From an uncultured Lachnospiraceae bacterium (GTDB taxonomy: Bacteria > Bacillota > Clostridia > Lachnospirales > Lachnospiraceae): 64,000 bases of DNA. Positions within the stretch are counted from its first letter, which is position 1. Each line of letters begins with the position of its first letter. The notes below the pieces were generated by a model. The model did not search any database. It saw only the letters and a list, made by a program, of their open reading frames with translations, and was not told the DNA's origin. The stretch lies in NCBI GenBank assembly GCA_964632165.1, contig CAZWCZ010000001.1, positions 77,681-141,680 on the forward strand, given 5' to 3'. Made by a program: the position numbers and the translations under genes. Positions 8,539 to 17,503 of the stretch are shown one piece after another.

Positions 8539-10521
8539 TTATCCTTCCAATGCCAGGAACTCATCTTCTGATAAAATCGGTATCCCAAGTTCCTTTGCCG
8601 CTTTATTCTTTGATGAAGATGACGCAGTATCATTATTGATCAGATAATCTGTATTTTTGCTGACACTTCCGGAAACCTTTCCGCCTCTCTCCTCAATGTA
8701 AGCTTTTAACTCGTTTCTGTTTCTAAACCGGAGTACACTTCCTGTGATCACAAACGTCTTTCCTTCAAAAATCTTTTCCGCATCTGAGTTTTTCTGTTCC
8801 AGACGGATCTGTTCCAAAATATGTTCCAGCTGTTCCTGATTTTCCTTCTTTTTGAAATACTCTGCATATGCCTGTGCCATTATCTCCCCGATTCCATTGA
8901 TCTGCATCAGTTCCTCTGCTGTTGCAGACCGTATCTTTTCTATATCACCCAAAAAGGCATTTGCGATCAGCTTTGCGGTTGCTACTCCGATCCCCGGAAC
9001 CCCCAGAGCATATAAAAGACGTTCTGCCGATGCAGTTCTCGCTTTTTCAACGGAAGCAATCATATTCTCATAGGACTTTTCTCCAAATCCCTCCATCCTA
9101 AGAATTGTTTCTTTATGTTCTGACAGACGGAACAGATCTGCAGGCTCTTTTAATATTCCCGCGTTGATCCACTTTTCCATTGTTGCTTCCGACAATCCTT
9201 CCATATTCATGGCATCCCGGCTGACAAACAAGGTAAATGATTTTACCTTTTTTGCAAGACATTCTGTATTTGTGCAATATAAGACTTTTACATCACCTTC
9301 CGTAAAAATCTTTGTCGTCTGCCCGCATACGGGACATGCTTGCGGAGGTCGTATGGTTCCGCTTTTTGTAAGATTACGTGCGATCTGCGGAATGATCATG
9401 TTTGCCTTATACACTTCTATTTCATCACCGATTCCAAGCTGAAGACTTTCCATAATACTTACATTATGGATGCTCGCCCGTGCTACACTGGTTCCTTCCA
9501 GTTCAACCGGTGCAAAGACTGCCACCGGATTTATCAGTCCGGTTCTTGATGTGCTCCACTCCACCTCAAGTAATTTTGTTTTCGCAGTCTCGTCTTTCCA
9601 CTTAAATGCGATCGAATCTCTCGGAAACTTTGCCGTTCTTCCAAGACTTGCCGAATATTCCAAATCATTGAAACTCAACACCAGGCCATCCGACGGAAAA
9701 TCATTTTTTGCAACCTGATCGGAAAAATATTTCATCGCCTCGTCAATCGTCTGTGCCGTTACTTTTTTTTGTTCCACACAGGTAAACCCAAGCGAACTCA
9801 CCCACTGCATCTGCTCACTCCTCGTTGCAAAAGTCATATCCGAAGCAGAGATCAGTGCAAATACATAAAAAAGTACGTTTCTCTTCGCTGTGATCTCATT
9901 ATTCAACTGACGTACGCTGCCGCTGCATAAATTTCTCGGATTTTTATATTTTGCACTGACATCTTCGATCTCAGCATTAATACGTTCAAATTCAGAATAT
10001 GTGATCACGGATTCCCCGCGCAGGACCAGTTCTCCCCGATAAGGGATCTTTACCGGAATATTCTTATATACTTTTGCATTGTTTGTGATGATCTCGCCAA
10101 TTTCACCATTTCCTCTTGTGACCGCCTTGACCAGCTTCCCGTCCCGGTACGTAAGGACATTGGTCAACCCGTCCATCTTCCAGGAAAGCACCCCTTCTTT
10201 TCCCCCAAGGAATGCTTTCAGTGCTTCTTTATCTTTTGTTTTATCAAGGGACAGCATTGGAGCTACGTGACGCTCTTTCGGAAGTTCACTCAATACCTCA
10301 TATCCGACATTGACCGTCGGGCTCTGTGCCATTACGTATCCGGTCTCTTCTTCCAATGCAAGCAGTTCATCATACAAGGCATCATACTCATAATTGCTCA
10401 TGATCTCCTCATTTCCCTGCTCATAAACATATCTTGCCCTATTTAACAGTTCGACCAGTTCTTTGATCCGTTCTTTTTTTGTCTGATCCTCCATTTTTTT
10501 CTCTCCGTCCTGCTTCTCCAT
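8539..10521 (-). CDS. ligA: NAD-dependent DNA ligase
   Basis: Adenylation motif KMDG (SWKMDGLT), Zn-finger CPVCG...C..C, HhH repeats and a C-terminal BRCT domain. The start may be Met10 (10494). Confidence 0.92.
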   Translation of the reverse strand: MEKQDGEKKMEDQTKKERIKELVELLNRARYVYEQGNEEIMSNYEYDALYDELLALEEETGYVMAQSPTVNVGYEVLSELPKERHVAPMLSLDKTKDKEALKAFLGGKEGVLSWKMDGLTNVLTYRDGKLVKAVTRGNGEIGEIITNNAKVYKNIPVKIPYRGELVLRGESVITYSEFERINAEIEDVSAKYKNPRNLCSGSVRQLNNEITAKRNVLFYVFALISASDMTFATRSEQMQWVSSLGFTCVEQKKVTAQTIDEAMKYFSDQVAKNDFPSDGLVLSFNDLEYSASLGRTAKFPRDSIAFKWKDETAKTKLLEVEWSTSRTGLINPVAVFAPVELEGTSVARASIHNVSIMESLQLGIGDEIEVYKANMIIPQIARNLTKSGTIRPPQACPVCGQTTKIFTEGDVKVLYCTNTECLAKKVKSFTLFVSRDAMNMEGLSEATMEKWINAGILKEPADLFRLSEHKETILRMEGFGEKSYENMIASVEKARTASAERLLYALGVPGIGVATAKLIANAFLGDIEKIRSATAEELMQINGIGEIMAQAYAEYFKKKENQEQLEHILEQIRLEQKNSDAEKIFEGKTFVITGSVLRFRNRNELKAYIEERGGKVSGSVSKNTDYLINNDTASSSSKNKAAKELGIPILSEDEFLALEG

Positions 10522-11317
10522 TTTTCTTTTCCCGCTCTATCTTTTTCTGTTCTGCCACCGGAAGTCCGCTCGAATGCCTTAATACGTCTTTTAGCCGGGT
10601 AAGTTCTGATTCTGTCAGATTACGGTATGTTCCAGGCAAAAGATGCCCCAGCTGAATATGCATGATCCGTGTTCTCTTTAAGCTGAGCACACGATATCCG
10701 AAATATTCGCACATCCTTCGTATCTGCCGGTTCAGCCCCTGTGTCAGGATAATGGTAAAACTGTACTTTCCGGTCTGTTTTATGACACAAGGTTTCGTTA
10801 TGGTGTCTAAAATCGGCACTCCTTCTGACATTCCTTTCAAAAACTCTGCCGTAAGCGGACGGTTTACCGTTACCTGATATTCCTTTTCATGCCGGTTTCC
10901 CGCCCTCAGTATCTTATTTACAATGTCACCGTCATTGGTCAGGAGCAAAAGTCCTTCGGAATCTTTGTCAAGACGTCCGATCGGATAAATCCTTTCCGGA
11001 TACTGTATATAATCGATCACATTATCCTTTTCACGCCGTGTATCTGTTGTACAGACAATTCCAACCGGCTTATAAAAGGCGATCAGCACCTGCTTTTCCT
11101 GCTTTTCCACAATCTTTCCCCGGTATACTACCGTCTGCCCCGGCATAACACGGCTCCCCGTTTCTGCAGTAACACCATCAATCTGCACCTTTCCCGATGC
11201 GATGATGACATCTGCCTCTCTTCTGGAACATATTCCTGCATCGCTTAAATATTTATTAATACGCACGCCGTTCTGTGCCTGTCCTTCTACTTCGAATTTT
11301 TTTCTGTTTGCCGCCAT
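10439..11317 (-). CDS. rRNA pseudouridine synthase (RsuA/RluB/RluF family) with a basic C-terminal tail
   Basis: S4 domain (INKYLSDAGICSRREAD) and catalytic motif GRLDKDSEGLLLLTNDG. Confidence 0.85.
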   Translation of the reverse strand: MAANRKKFEVEGQAQNGVRINKYLSDAGICSRREADVIIASGKVQIDGVTAETGSRVMPGQTVVYRGKIVEKQEKQVLIAFYKPVGIVCTTDTRREKDNVIDYIQYPERIYPIGRLDKDSEGLLLLTNDGDIVNKILRAGNRHEKEYQVTVNRPLTAEFLKGMSEGVPILDTITKPCVIKQTGKYSFTIILTQGLNRQIRRMCEYFGYRVLSLKRTRIMHIQLGHLLPGTYRNLTESELTRLKDVLRHSSGLPVAEQKKIEREKKNGEAGRREKNGGSDKKRTDQRTGRTVK

Positions 11318-11436
11318 GGTCTGCTCCTTATCTCATACTCTGAACCTATTATAACACAATCATAATAATATTTTACATTTTTGTAAAGATAAGTTCTTGA
11401 ATTTTTTATCAGAATCATTTATAATACATTCTGTAC

Positions 11437-11509
11437 GTTACTGTAACTCAGGGGATAGAGTGCTTGCCTCCGAAGCAAGTGGTCGCTGGTTCAATTCCAG
11501 TCAGTAACG
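11437..11509 (+). tRNA. tRNA-Arg (anticodon CCG)
   Basis: Hand-folded cloverleaf. Acceptor gttactg/cagtaac, D arm actc-aggggata-gagt, anticodon arm cttgc-ctCCGaa-gcaag, T arm gctgg-ttcaatt-ccagt. 73 nt, no encoded CCA. Confidence 0.85.
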
Positions 11510-11533
11510 CTCTCCGGTCAGTCCGGATATCAG

Positions 11534-11563
11534 ATTCCTTCAGCATATGCTGAAGGAATTTTT
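11534..11563 (+). terminator. rho-independent terminator after the tRNA
   Basis: Perfect palindrome attccttcagcat/atgctgaaggaat followed by TTTT. Confidence 0.7.
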
Positions 11564-11596
11564 CCCAAAAAACACAAGATTCCCGTTGATACACTT

Positions 11597-12640
11597 TTGG
11601 AGAATGTTATGCATTTTAAAAACACCAAGTTCCTAATCTATATCTGTTCTGCCATTATGCTGCTTGGTCTTGCTTTAGTTTCATTTGATCCTTTGCAGCA
11701 GGGAAAAAATGCCCCGGCAGATGTTAACCTTCCTACCGGCTCTCCTGATGGTAACATATCAGGTACGGCTGCTCCTACTTCTACTTCCGTTCCTACTCCG
11801 ACATTTACGCCAACGCCGACACCTTCTGTTGCACAAAGAAACGCTGCACTTCCGTTGATACCTGCATCGGAAGAAGACGATTTTCTTTTACTGGATGCAA
11901 TACATCGTCATATGTCCGGACGTTACGAATCCGATTCTGAAGTAAAATCCATCAGCGAACTTACCTGCTACTATAAAGACGGCATATCCTACGATGCCAT
12001 CGTCTATGTCTGTTACGATATCCTTTATACGGACAGTACCGTTCCGGTTCCCACAGTGGATGTCCTCTTTCTTACACGCGATAGTGATTCTTACCATGTT
12101 GAGGAGGAAACTACGGATGATGATGTTTTGGATGCCCTGTTTCTTTCCCGTGCCGAAGGTGATGTTTTGGCATTATATATCAAAGAAACCATTCACCGTT
12201 ATATGAATGCCAAACTGACCGGTGATGAGACCATCTTATCCTCACTTGTCACAGACAGTTCTTATCTGGACTATGACGACATCAGGAAAAAGAACGAATT
12301 CATTGAACAATATGTCAATTTAGATTTCATCATTCGGGAATGTCCGGATGATATCACCGAATTTGACTATATCGTTTATGTTATAAATGATGTGGATATC
12401 ATCAATGTCAACGTACACGCTCCCGGACTGGATGAACTGATCATCCGCATGGACGAAGAAAATTATCCTAAGATTTTCCTTGGAGTTACCTCTTCTGCTG
12501 CCGATGCCTTCCGTGAACAGTCCCGACAGCAAAGCGACTACCAGGCCGCTTTGGAAGATGTAGTGGCACGCTTATCCGCCGCCATGATAGAAGATCCGGC
12601 TTTATTGGAATTTGTAGAAAAGCTGACCGGCATTGAATAA
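11597..12640 (+). CDS. membrane-anchored hypothetical protein with a Pro/Thr-rich linker
   Basis: TM FLIYICSAIMLLGLALVSF followed by PTSTSVPTPTFTPTPTPS. No recognisable catalytic motif. The start may be 11609. Confidence 0.5.
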   Translation: MENVMHFKNTKFLIYICSAIMLLGLALVSFDPLQQGKNAPADVNLPTGSPDGNISGTAAPTSTSVPTPTFTPTPTPSVAQRNAALPLIPASEEDDFLLLDAIHRHMSGRYESDSEVKSISELTCYYKDGISYDAIVYVCYDILYTDSTVPVPTVDVLFLTRDSDSYHVEEETTDDDVLDALFLSRAEGDVLALYIKETIHRYMNAKLTGDETILSSLVTDSSYLDYDDIRKKNEFIEQYVNLDFIIRECPDDITEFDYIVYVINDVDIINVNVHAPGLDELIIRMDEENYPKIFLGVTSSAADAFREQSRQQSDYQAALEDVVARLSAAMIEDPALLEFVEKLTGIE

Positions 12641-12643
12641 GGA

Positions 12644-12672
12644 AGAGTAGTCAACCGACTACTCTTTTTTTT
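12644..12672 (+). terminator. rho-independent terminator
   Basis: agagtagtc-aacc-gactactct followed by a T-run. Confidence 0.7.
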
Positions 12673-12694
12673 GTAGTTTGTATGTATACTATCA

Positions 12695-13678
12695 TCAGGC
12701 CACTCTTCGTACTGCGTGCACTCTTCTGTCATAATAATATACGCTGTCTGTCAGCACTTCCGTTGCTGCAACCTGCGTTGCATTTACCTCTCTTACCATA
12801 CCTGCACAGATTTCTGCTGTCATTATCCCATCATCCGGCAGAAGCAGCACTTCATGCACACTGCTCGGTAAAATAAAGAAATTGCACTCCTTAGTCTGTG
12901 CAAACTGTTCCAATTTTTCTTCAAACATAAGAGAAACCGCTCCATACATTCCCTTGCTGTTGCTAAGCACATAAAGATAATTCTTTCCATTCCTTTCTAC
13001 GGAAACTTCATATTGCTTTTCCAGCTTTCTGATTACATCATCCATTCCCTGTAACACCGCCGGAAGTTTCCTTCTTGTATTGTCCATGGCCGTTTCATGA
13101 AGTTCTTCTTTTGTAATTCCAAACATCTCAAGATGTTCCAGCCGGATCAGCATGGCACCGCTTGCCTCTTCCGAAACCTGTACTACATAATAATATACCA
13201 CTGCCATGTCAAGGTATTCTTCATAAGGAAGTTCCCTCAGCAGCTCTGCATTTTTCTCTCTTCCGATCAGACGTGCAAAAACATTTTCCTTAAAAGCTGT
13301 CCATTCAAACTGCAGCATCTGCGGAATCCTCTTTGTTTTTTCCTTTTCCTGCTCATAGGCACATAAAATGTTCTCTGCGATCTCATCTATCCCTTCTTTT
13401 CCCTGGTACCATTTTTTAAACTGTTCATAAAGATAAAAATTCGGTGCTGCCGGTTCCTCTTCTTTTTTTAATAAGATCCCGCTCATCCTGACACCGTTAT
13501 TCCTCGTGGTAGTGTAAATTTCCGCCTTGAGATTTTCCTGCGTCATTTCCTCTATTTTCTTTACACACAGGGAAAGAAACTCCATATAATTTTTTTCTTC
13601 CAACGTATTCCCCTCTTTGAAAAAAAGCCGATGCCCCTGCCATAGAGCCGGCAGAAAATAAGAAACTGTCTGAACCAT
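12695..13678 (-). CDS. conserved hypothetical cytoplasmic protein
   Basis: Long ORF with coding-like composition and no motif that I recognise. The likely start is the internal MEFLSLCVKK. Confidence 0.45.
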   Translation of the reverse strand: MVQTVSYFLPALWQGHRLFFKEGNTLEEKNYMEFLSLCVKKIEEMTQENLKAEIYTTTRNNGVRMSGILLKKEEEPAAPNFYLYEQFKKWYQGKEGIDEIAENILCAYEQEKEKTKRIPQMLQFEWTAFKENVFARLIGREKNAELLRELPYEEYLDMAVVYYYVVQVSEEASGAMLIRLEHLEMFGITKEELHETAMDNTRRKLPAVLQGMDDVIRKLEKQYEVSVERNGKNYLYVLSNSKGMYGAVSLMFEEKLEQFAQTKECNFFILPSSVHEVLLLPDDGIMTAEICAGMVREVNATQVAATEVLTDSVYYYDRRVHAVRRVA

Positions 13679-13790
13679 AAGATTTCTTAGAAGCTGATTT
13701 CAGTATAACAAAAAAAGGAAACTGTCTCAAGTGACAATTTCCTTTTTTCTTTCCAAAATTCCATGCGTTTTTTTGTGCAACATGTACACC

Positions 13791-15176
13791 CTATCGGCTC
13801 AGATATTCATCAATTCCCTTTGCTGCTGCTCGTCCGGCTCCCATGGCAAGAATTACAGTTGCTGCTCCTGTTACCGCATCCCCTCCTGCAAATACACCGT
13901 CTCTGGATGTCTGTCCGGTCATTTCCTGTGCAACAATACATTTCCTTCTGTCACATTCCAGGCCGTCCGTCGTGGACGTGATCAACGGGTTCGGTGTTGT
14001 GCCGAGTGACATGATCACGGTATCTACTTCCAAAGTAAACTCCGATCCCTGCTTTTCTACCGGTCTGCGTCTGCCTGACGCATCCGGTTCTCCAAGTTTC
14101 ATCTCAATGCAGGTCATTCCTTTAACCCATCCGTTTTCATCCACAAGGATTTCCGTCGGATTCGTTAAAAGCCGGAATATAACTCCTTCCTCTTTTGCAT
14201 GATGTACTTCTTCTGCGCGTGCCGGAAGTTCCTCTTCGCTTCTTCGATACACAATATATGTTTCTGCCCCGAGACGAAGTGCCGTTCTCGCTGCGTCCAT
14301 TGCAACATTTCCTCCGCCGACAACTGCCACCTTCTTTCCTCTGAAGATCGGGGTATCGTAATTGTCGTCAAATGCTTTCATAAGATTGTTCCTGGTAAGA
14401 AATTCATTGGCAGAAAAAACACCATTTGCATTTTCTCCCGGAATCCCCATGAATTTCGGAAGTCCTGCCCCGGAACCGATAAATACGGCATCAAATCCTT
14501 CTTCTTCCATCAACTGGTCTATCGTTGTGGATTTCCCTATGATCACGTTGGTCTCTATACGGACACCCAAAGCTTTTACATTTTCAATTTCGCCTTTTAC
14601 TACAGTATTCTTCGGCAGACGGAATTCCGGGATTCCATATACCAGAACTCCTCCCGGCTCATGAAGTGCTTCAAAAACAGTTACCTCATATCCCATTTTT
14701 GCCAGATCGCCGGCGCAGGTAAGCCCTGCCGGACCCGAACCGATCACTGCAACTTTTTTCCCTTTCTTTTCTTCCGTCACTTTCGGTTTCATCCCATGTT
14801 CTCTTGCATAATCCGCAACAAACCGTTCCAGCTTACCAATGGATACTGCTTCTCCCTTGATCCCACGTACACATTTTGCTTCACACTGTGATTCCTGTGG
14901 ACAGACTCTTCCACAGACAGCCGGGAGTGCCGAATAACGGCTGATCACCTGATATGCCCCTTCTATATTGCGGTTTTGTACTTCGCGGATAAATCCCGGA
15001 ATGTCAATATTTACCGGACATCCCTTCTGACATTGCGGATTTTTGCACGTTAAGCAGCGTTCTGCCTCCATTACTGCTTCTTCCATCTGATATCCAAGAC
15101 ACACCTCATCAAAGTTTGTGGCTCTTATCTTCGCATCCTGCTCCTGAACAGGCACTCTATGTAATACATCCGTCAT
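13791..15176 (-). CDS. nfnB: GltD-like NADPH-dependent oxidoreductase (NfnB-type large subunit; often annotated NADPH-dependent glutamate synthase)
   Basis: N-terminal Fe-S Cys clusters (CLTCKNPQC..GCPV; CGRVCPQESQCEAKC) and two Rossmann motifs, VAVIGSGPAGL and VAVVGGGNVAMD. Confidence 0.8.
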   Translation of the reverse strand: MTDVLHRVPVQEQDAKIRATNFDEVCLGYQMEEAVMEAERCLTCKNPQCQKGCPVNIDIPGFIREVQNRNIEGAYQVISRYSALPAVCGRVCPQESQCEAKCVRGIKGEAVSIGKLERFVADYAREHGMKPKVTEEKKGKKVAVIGSGPAGLTCAGDLAKMGYEVTVFEALHEPGGVLVYGIPEFRLPKNTVVKGEIENVKALGVRIETNVIIGKSTTIDQLMEEEGFDAVFIGSGAGLPKFMGIPGENANGVFSANEFLTRNNLMKAFDDNYDTPIFRGKKVAVVGGGNVAMDAARTALRLGAETYIVYRRSEEELPARAEEVHHAKEEGVIFRLLTNPTEILVDENGWVKGMTCIEMKLGEPDASGRRRPVEKQGSEFTLEVDTVIMSLGTTPNPLITSTTDGLECDRRKCIVAQEMTGQTSRDGVFAGGDAVTGAATVILAMGAGRAAAKGIDEYLSR

Positions 15177-15203
15177 GTTGTTTCTCCTTTCGCGTTTCCG
15201 TTC

Positions 15204-16085
15204 TTACCCTTCGCAATGACCGCAGCCGCCATGGTGCGTTGCACCTTCTCTGGCACGTAATACTGCCCGTCCTTCTTCTGTCTTATAGAGCTGCTGTCGT
15301 TTCATTGCCTCGTCAAAATCCACCAGATGTCCGTCAAATTCCGGTCCGTCTACGCAGGCAAATTTAATTTCATTGCCCACTGTCAGCCTGCATGCCCCAC
15401 ACATTCCGGTTCCGTCTACCATGATCGGATTCATACTGACTACCGTTTCTATACCAAGCTCTTTTGTCAGAAGACACACAAATTTCATCATCACAAGCGG
15501 TCCGATCGCTACAATGTGACGATATTCATTTCCCGCTGCGATCAATTCCTTTAAACAGTCATTGACATTTCCTTTTCGCCCGTAAGAACCATCGTCTGTC
15601 GTTACATAAACATGGGCAGCCACCTGCTTCATCTCTTCTTCCAGAATGACCAGGTCTTTTGTCCGTGCACCAATAATAACGTCTGCGTCTACTCCTTGTT
15701 CATGCAGCCATTTTACCTGCGGATATACCGGAGCTGTCCCTACTCCGCCTGCGATAAACAGTATTTTTTTCTTTCTTAATTCCCCGGCACTTTCATCGAT
15801 CAGTTCCGTCCGGCATCCGAGCGGTCCGGCAAAATCGCGGAAACTGTCTCCTTCCTCATATTCCGCCATCTGCTTTGTAGAAGCCCCAACCGTCTGAAAA
15901 ACAATAGTTACCGTGCCTGCTTCTCTGTCGTAATCACATATCGTAAGAGGAATACGTTCTCCTCTTTCATCCGTTTTTACAATAACAAACTGTCCCGGAT
16001 AACAATGCTTTGCCGTGCGAGGTGCTTTGACATCCATTAACACAATATTTTCCGAGAGCCTTGTCTTTTTTATAATCTCATACAT
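15204..16085 (-). CDS. nfnA: PyrK-like FAD/NAD-binding and 2Fe-2S subunit (NfnA-type)
   Basis: RIPLTICDYD and FIAGGVGTAP motifs and a C-terminal CGACR...C cluster. It lies directly upstream of the GltD-like gene. Confidence 0.75.
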   Translation of the reverse strand: MYEIIKKTRLSENIVLMDVKAPRTAKHCYPGQFVIVKTDERGERIPLTICDYDREAGTVTIVFQTVGASTKQMAEYEEGDSFRDFAGPLGCRTELIDESAGELRKKKILFIAGGVGTAPVYPQVKWLHEQGVDADVIIGARTKDLVILEEEMKQVAAHVYVTTDDGSYGRKGNVNDCLKELIAAGNEYRHIVAIGPLVMMKFVCLLTKELGIETVVSMNPIMVDGTGMCGACRLTVGNEIKFACVDGPEFDGHLVDFDEAMKRQQLYKTEEGRAVLRAREGATHHGGCGHCEG

Positions 16086-16292
16086 ATTTATTCCATCCTT
16101 TTTTCTAATTAGTTATCATCCTCGATCAATTTAAAAATTCTACCACTTCACTAAAAAAAAGTCCAGTGCATTTCTCTATTTCCGGGTTGTTTAGAAAAAA
16201 TCAAAGAAATATTTCTTAAAACAGCAGAAAACGCTTTACTTTACCTCGTTGTAGTGATACAATAATGATGTACGTAGAAAGGAGATTCTACC

Positions 16293-16610
16293 ATGAACAA
16301 AAAAATTAAAACCCCGGCGGTTGACTACTTATTTGATGCCATCCTGAGTTTAAAGGATAAAGACGAATGCTATGCTTTCTTTGATGATATCTGCACAGTA
16401 AACGAGTTACTTTCCTTATCCCAGAGATTTGAAGTTGCAGCGATGCTCCATTCTCACAAAACTTATTTGGAGATTGCAGATAAGACCGGTGCTTCTACTG
16501 CTACCATCAGCCGCGTAAATCGTTCCTTAAATTATGGAAATGATGGTTATGATATCGTATTTGAGCGTATCGATGCACTTCCGTCAGACCATCACGAAAA
16601 GCAAGATTAA
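16293..16610 (+). CDS. YerC/YecD-family TrpR-like DNA-binding protein
   Basis: LSLSQRFEVAAMLHSHKTYLEIADKTGASTATISRVNRSL is the family signature. Confidence 0.8.
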   Translation: MNKKIKTPAVDYLFDAILSLKDKDECYAFFDDICTVNELLSLSQRFEVAAMLHSHKTYLEIADKTGASTATISRVNRSLNYGNDGYDIVFERIDALPSDHHEKQD

Positions 16611-16617
16611 TCTATCA

Positions 16618-16650
16618 GGGATGCAGCAAAAACTGCATCCCATTCTTTTT
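16618..16650. terminator. bidirectional terminator
   Basis: gggatgcag-caaaaa-ctgcatccc followed by a T-run, between convergent genes. Confidence 0.7.
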
Positions 16651-16657
16651 ATCATAA

Positions 16658-17308
16658 TTACTTCTTTTCTTTTCCGGTATCTTTTTCCTTTTTGCTCTCT
16701 TTTTCTTCCTCCGGTACCGGTGTGAACTTTTCATCAATCAGCCGTTCCAACATCTGGCGTTTTGTATATATATCATAACTTAACAGACATGCATACATAA
16801 AGTTGCGCAAATATTCCTGCTGTTCTTCATTTTCCACCTGAGTAAATGCCCTCTCTGAAAATTCTGCTTTATGCATCATATCTTTCGTCACATAGGAGGC
16901 CTGTGCCTGCTCCATCTCAAATACTTCTTCGTAGATTTTTTCCAGAGTAACTTCGCCCTTTCCCGAAAAAAACAATTCCGTCAGAGGATGAAGCAATGCC
17001 TGTATGTCCGTGATCGATAAGATATTTTTCAGATAATAGATAAAGATCAGTAGCAGCATATGGTCTTTTGAATATTTTTTCTTGACCGGAGACGGAAGAA
17101 GATTGTTCTTTGTATAGTTATTGATCATCGTTTTTGTCAACAGTTTGTCTTCACTGTAACGCTTGGTACTCTCCAAATGCTGATCCATAAACGTAGTAAC
17201 CTGATCCATATATAGATCAATATTCGGAACCTCCTGCGGATTAATATATGAAATCCCTTTCAGATCTTCCATCAGTTTTTTTAACATTTCCCTGCGATCT
17301 TTTTCCAT
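16658..17308 (-). CDS. DUF1836-like protein
   Basis: DLYMDQVTTFMDQHL...LTKTMINNYTKNNLLP matches my memory of DUF1836 proteins. Start taken as MEKDRREML. Confidence 0.55.
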   Translation of the reverse strand: MEKDRREMLKKLMEDLKGISYINPQEVPNIDLYMDQVTTFMDQHLESTKRYSEDKLLTKTMINNYTKNNLLPSPVKKKYSKDHMLLLIFIYYLKNILSITDIQALLHPLTELFFSGKGEVTLEKIYEEVFEMEQAQASYVTKDMMHKAEFSERAFTQVENEEQQEYLRNFMYACLLSYDIYTKRQMLERLIDEKFTPVPEEEKESKKEKDTGKEKK

Positions 17309-17503
17309 TTCAAGCCCTCTCTTTTGTGCCCGGTACTTTGCACAATTCATTTTTACTACTTCATTATATAGTATTAAAAACCATATGACAAGTATCTTTT
17401 ATCCCGTTTTACAAATTATTTTGGATAGTACTTTTCATTTCTACCGCTTTATGATAAAATAGAACTGACATTCGAACAATCAAGCATAAGGAGACCTATT
17501 CCC

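Noticed and set aside
10439-10521. An 83-nt overlap between the pseudouridine synthase and ligA as a possible frameshift or fusion
   Set aside because: ligA most likely starts at its second or third Met (10494), and the synthase tail is a basic low-complexity extension. There is no evidence of disruption in either gene.
14199-14891. A 230-aa plus-strand ORF, and many similar ORFs (4021..4563, 18974..19576, 24677..25339, 48502..49140, 56814..57494, 59286..59729)
   Set aside because: These are antisense shadows inside well-supported genes. Their translations are Cys/Phe/Arg/Ser-rich with no motifs.
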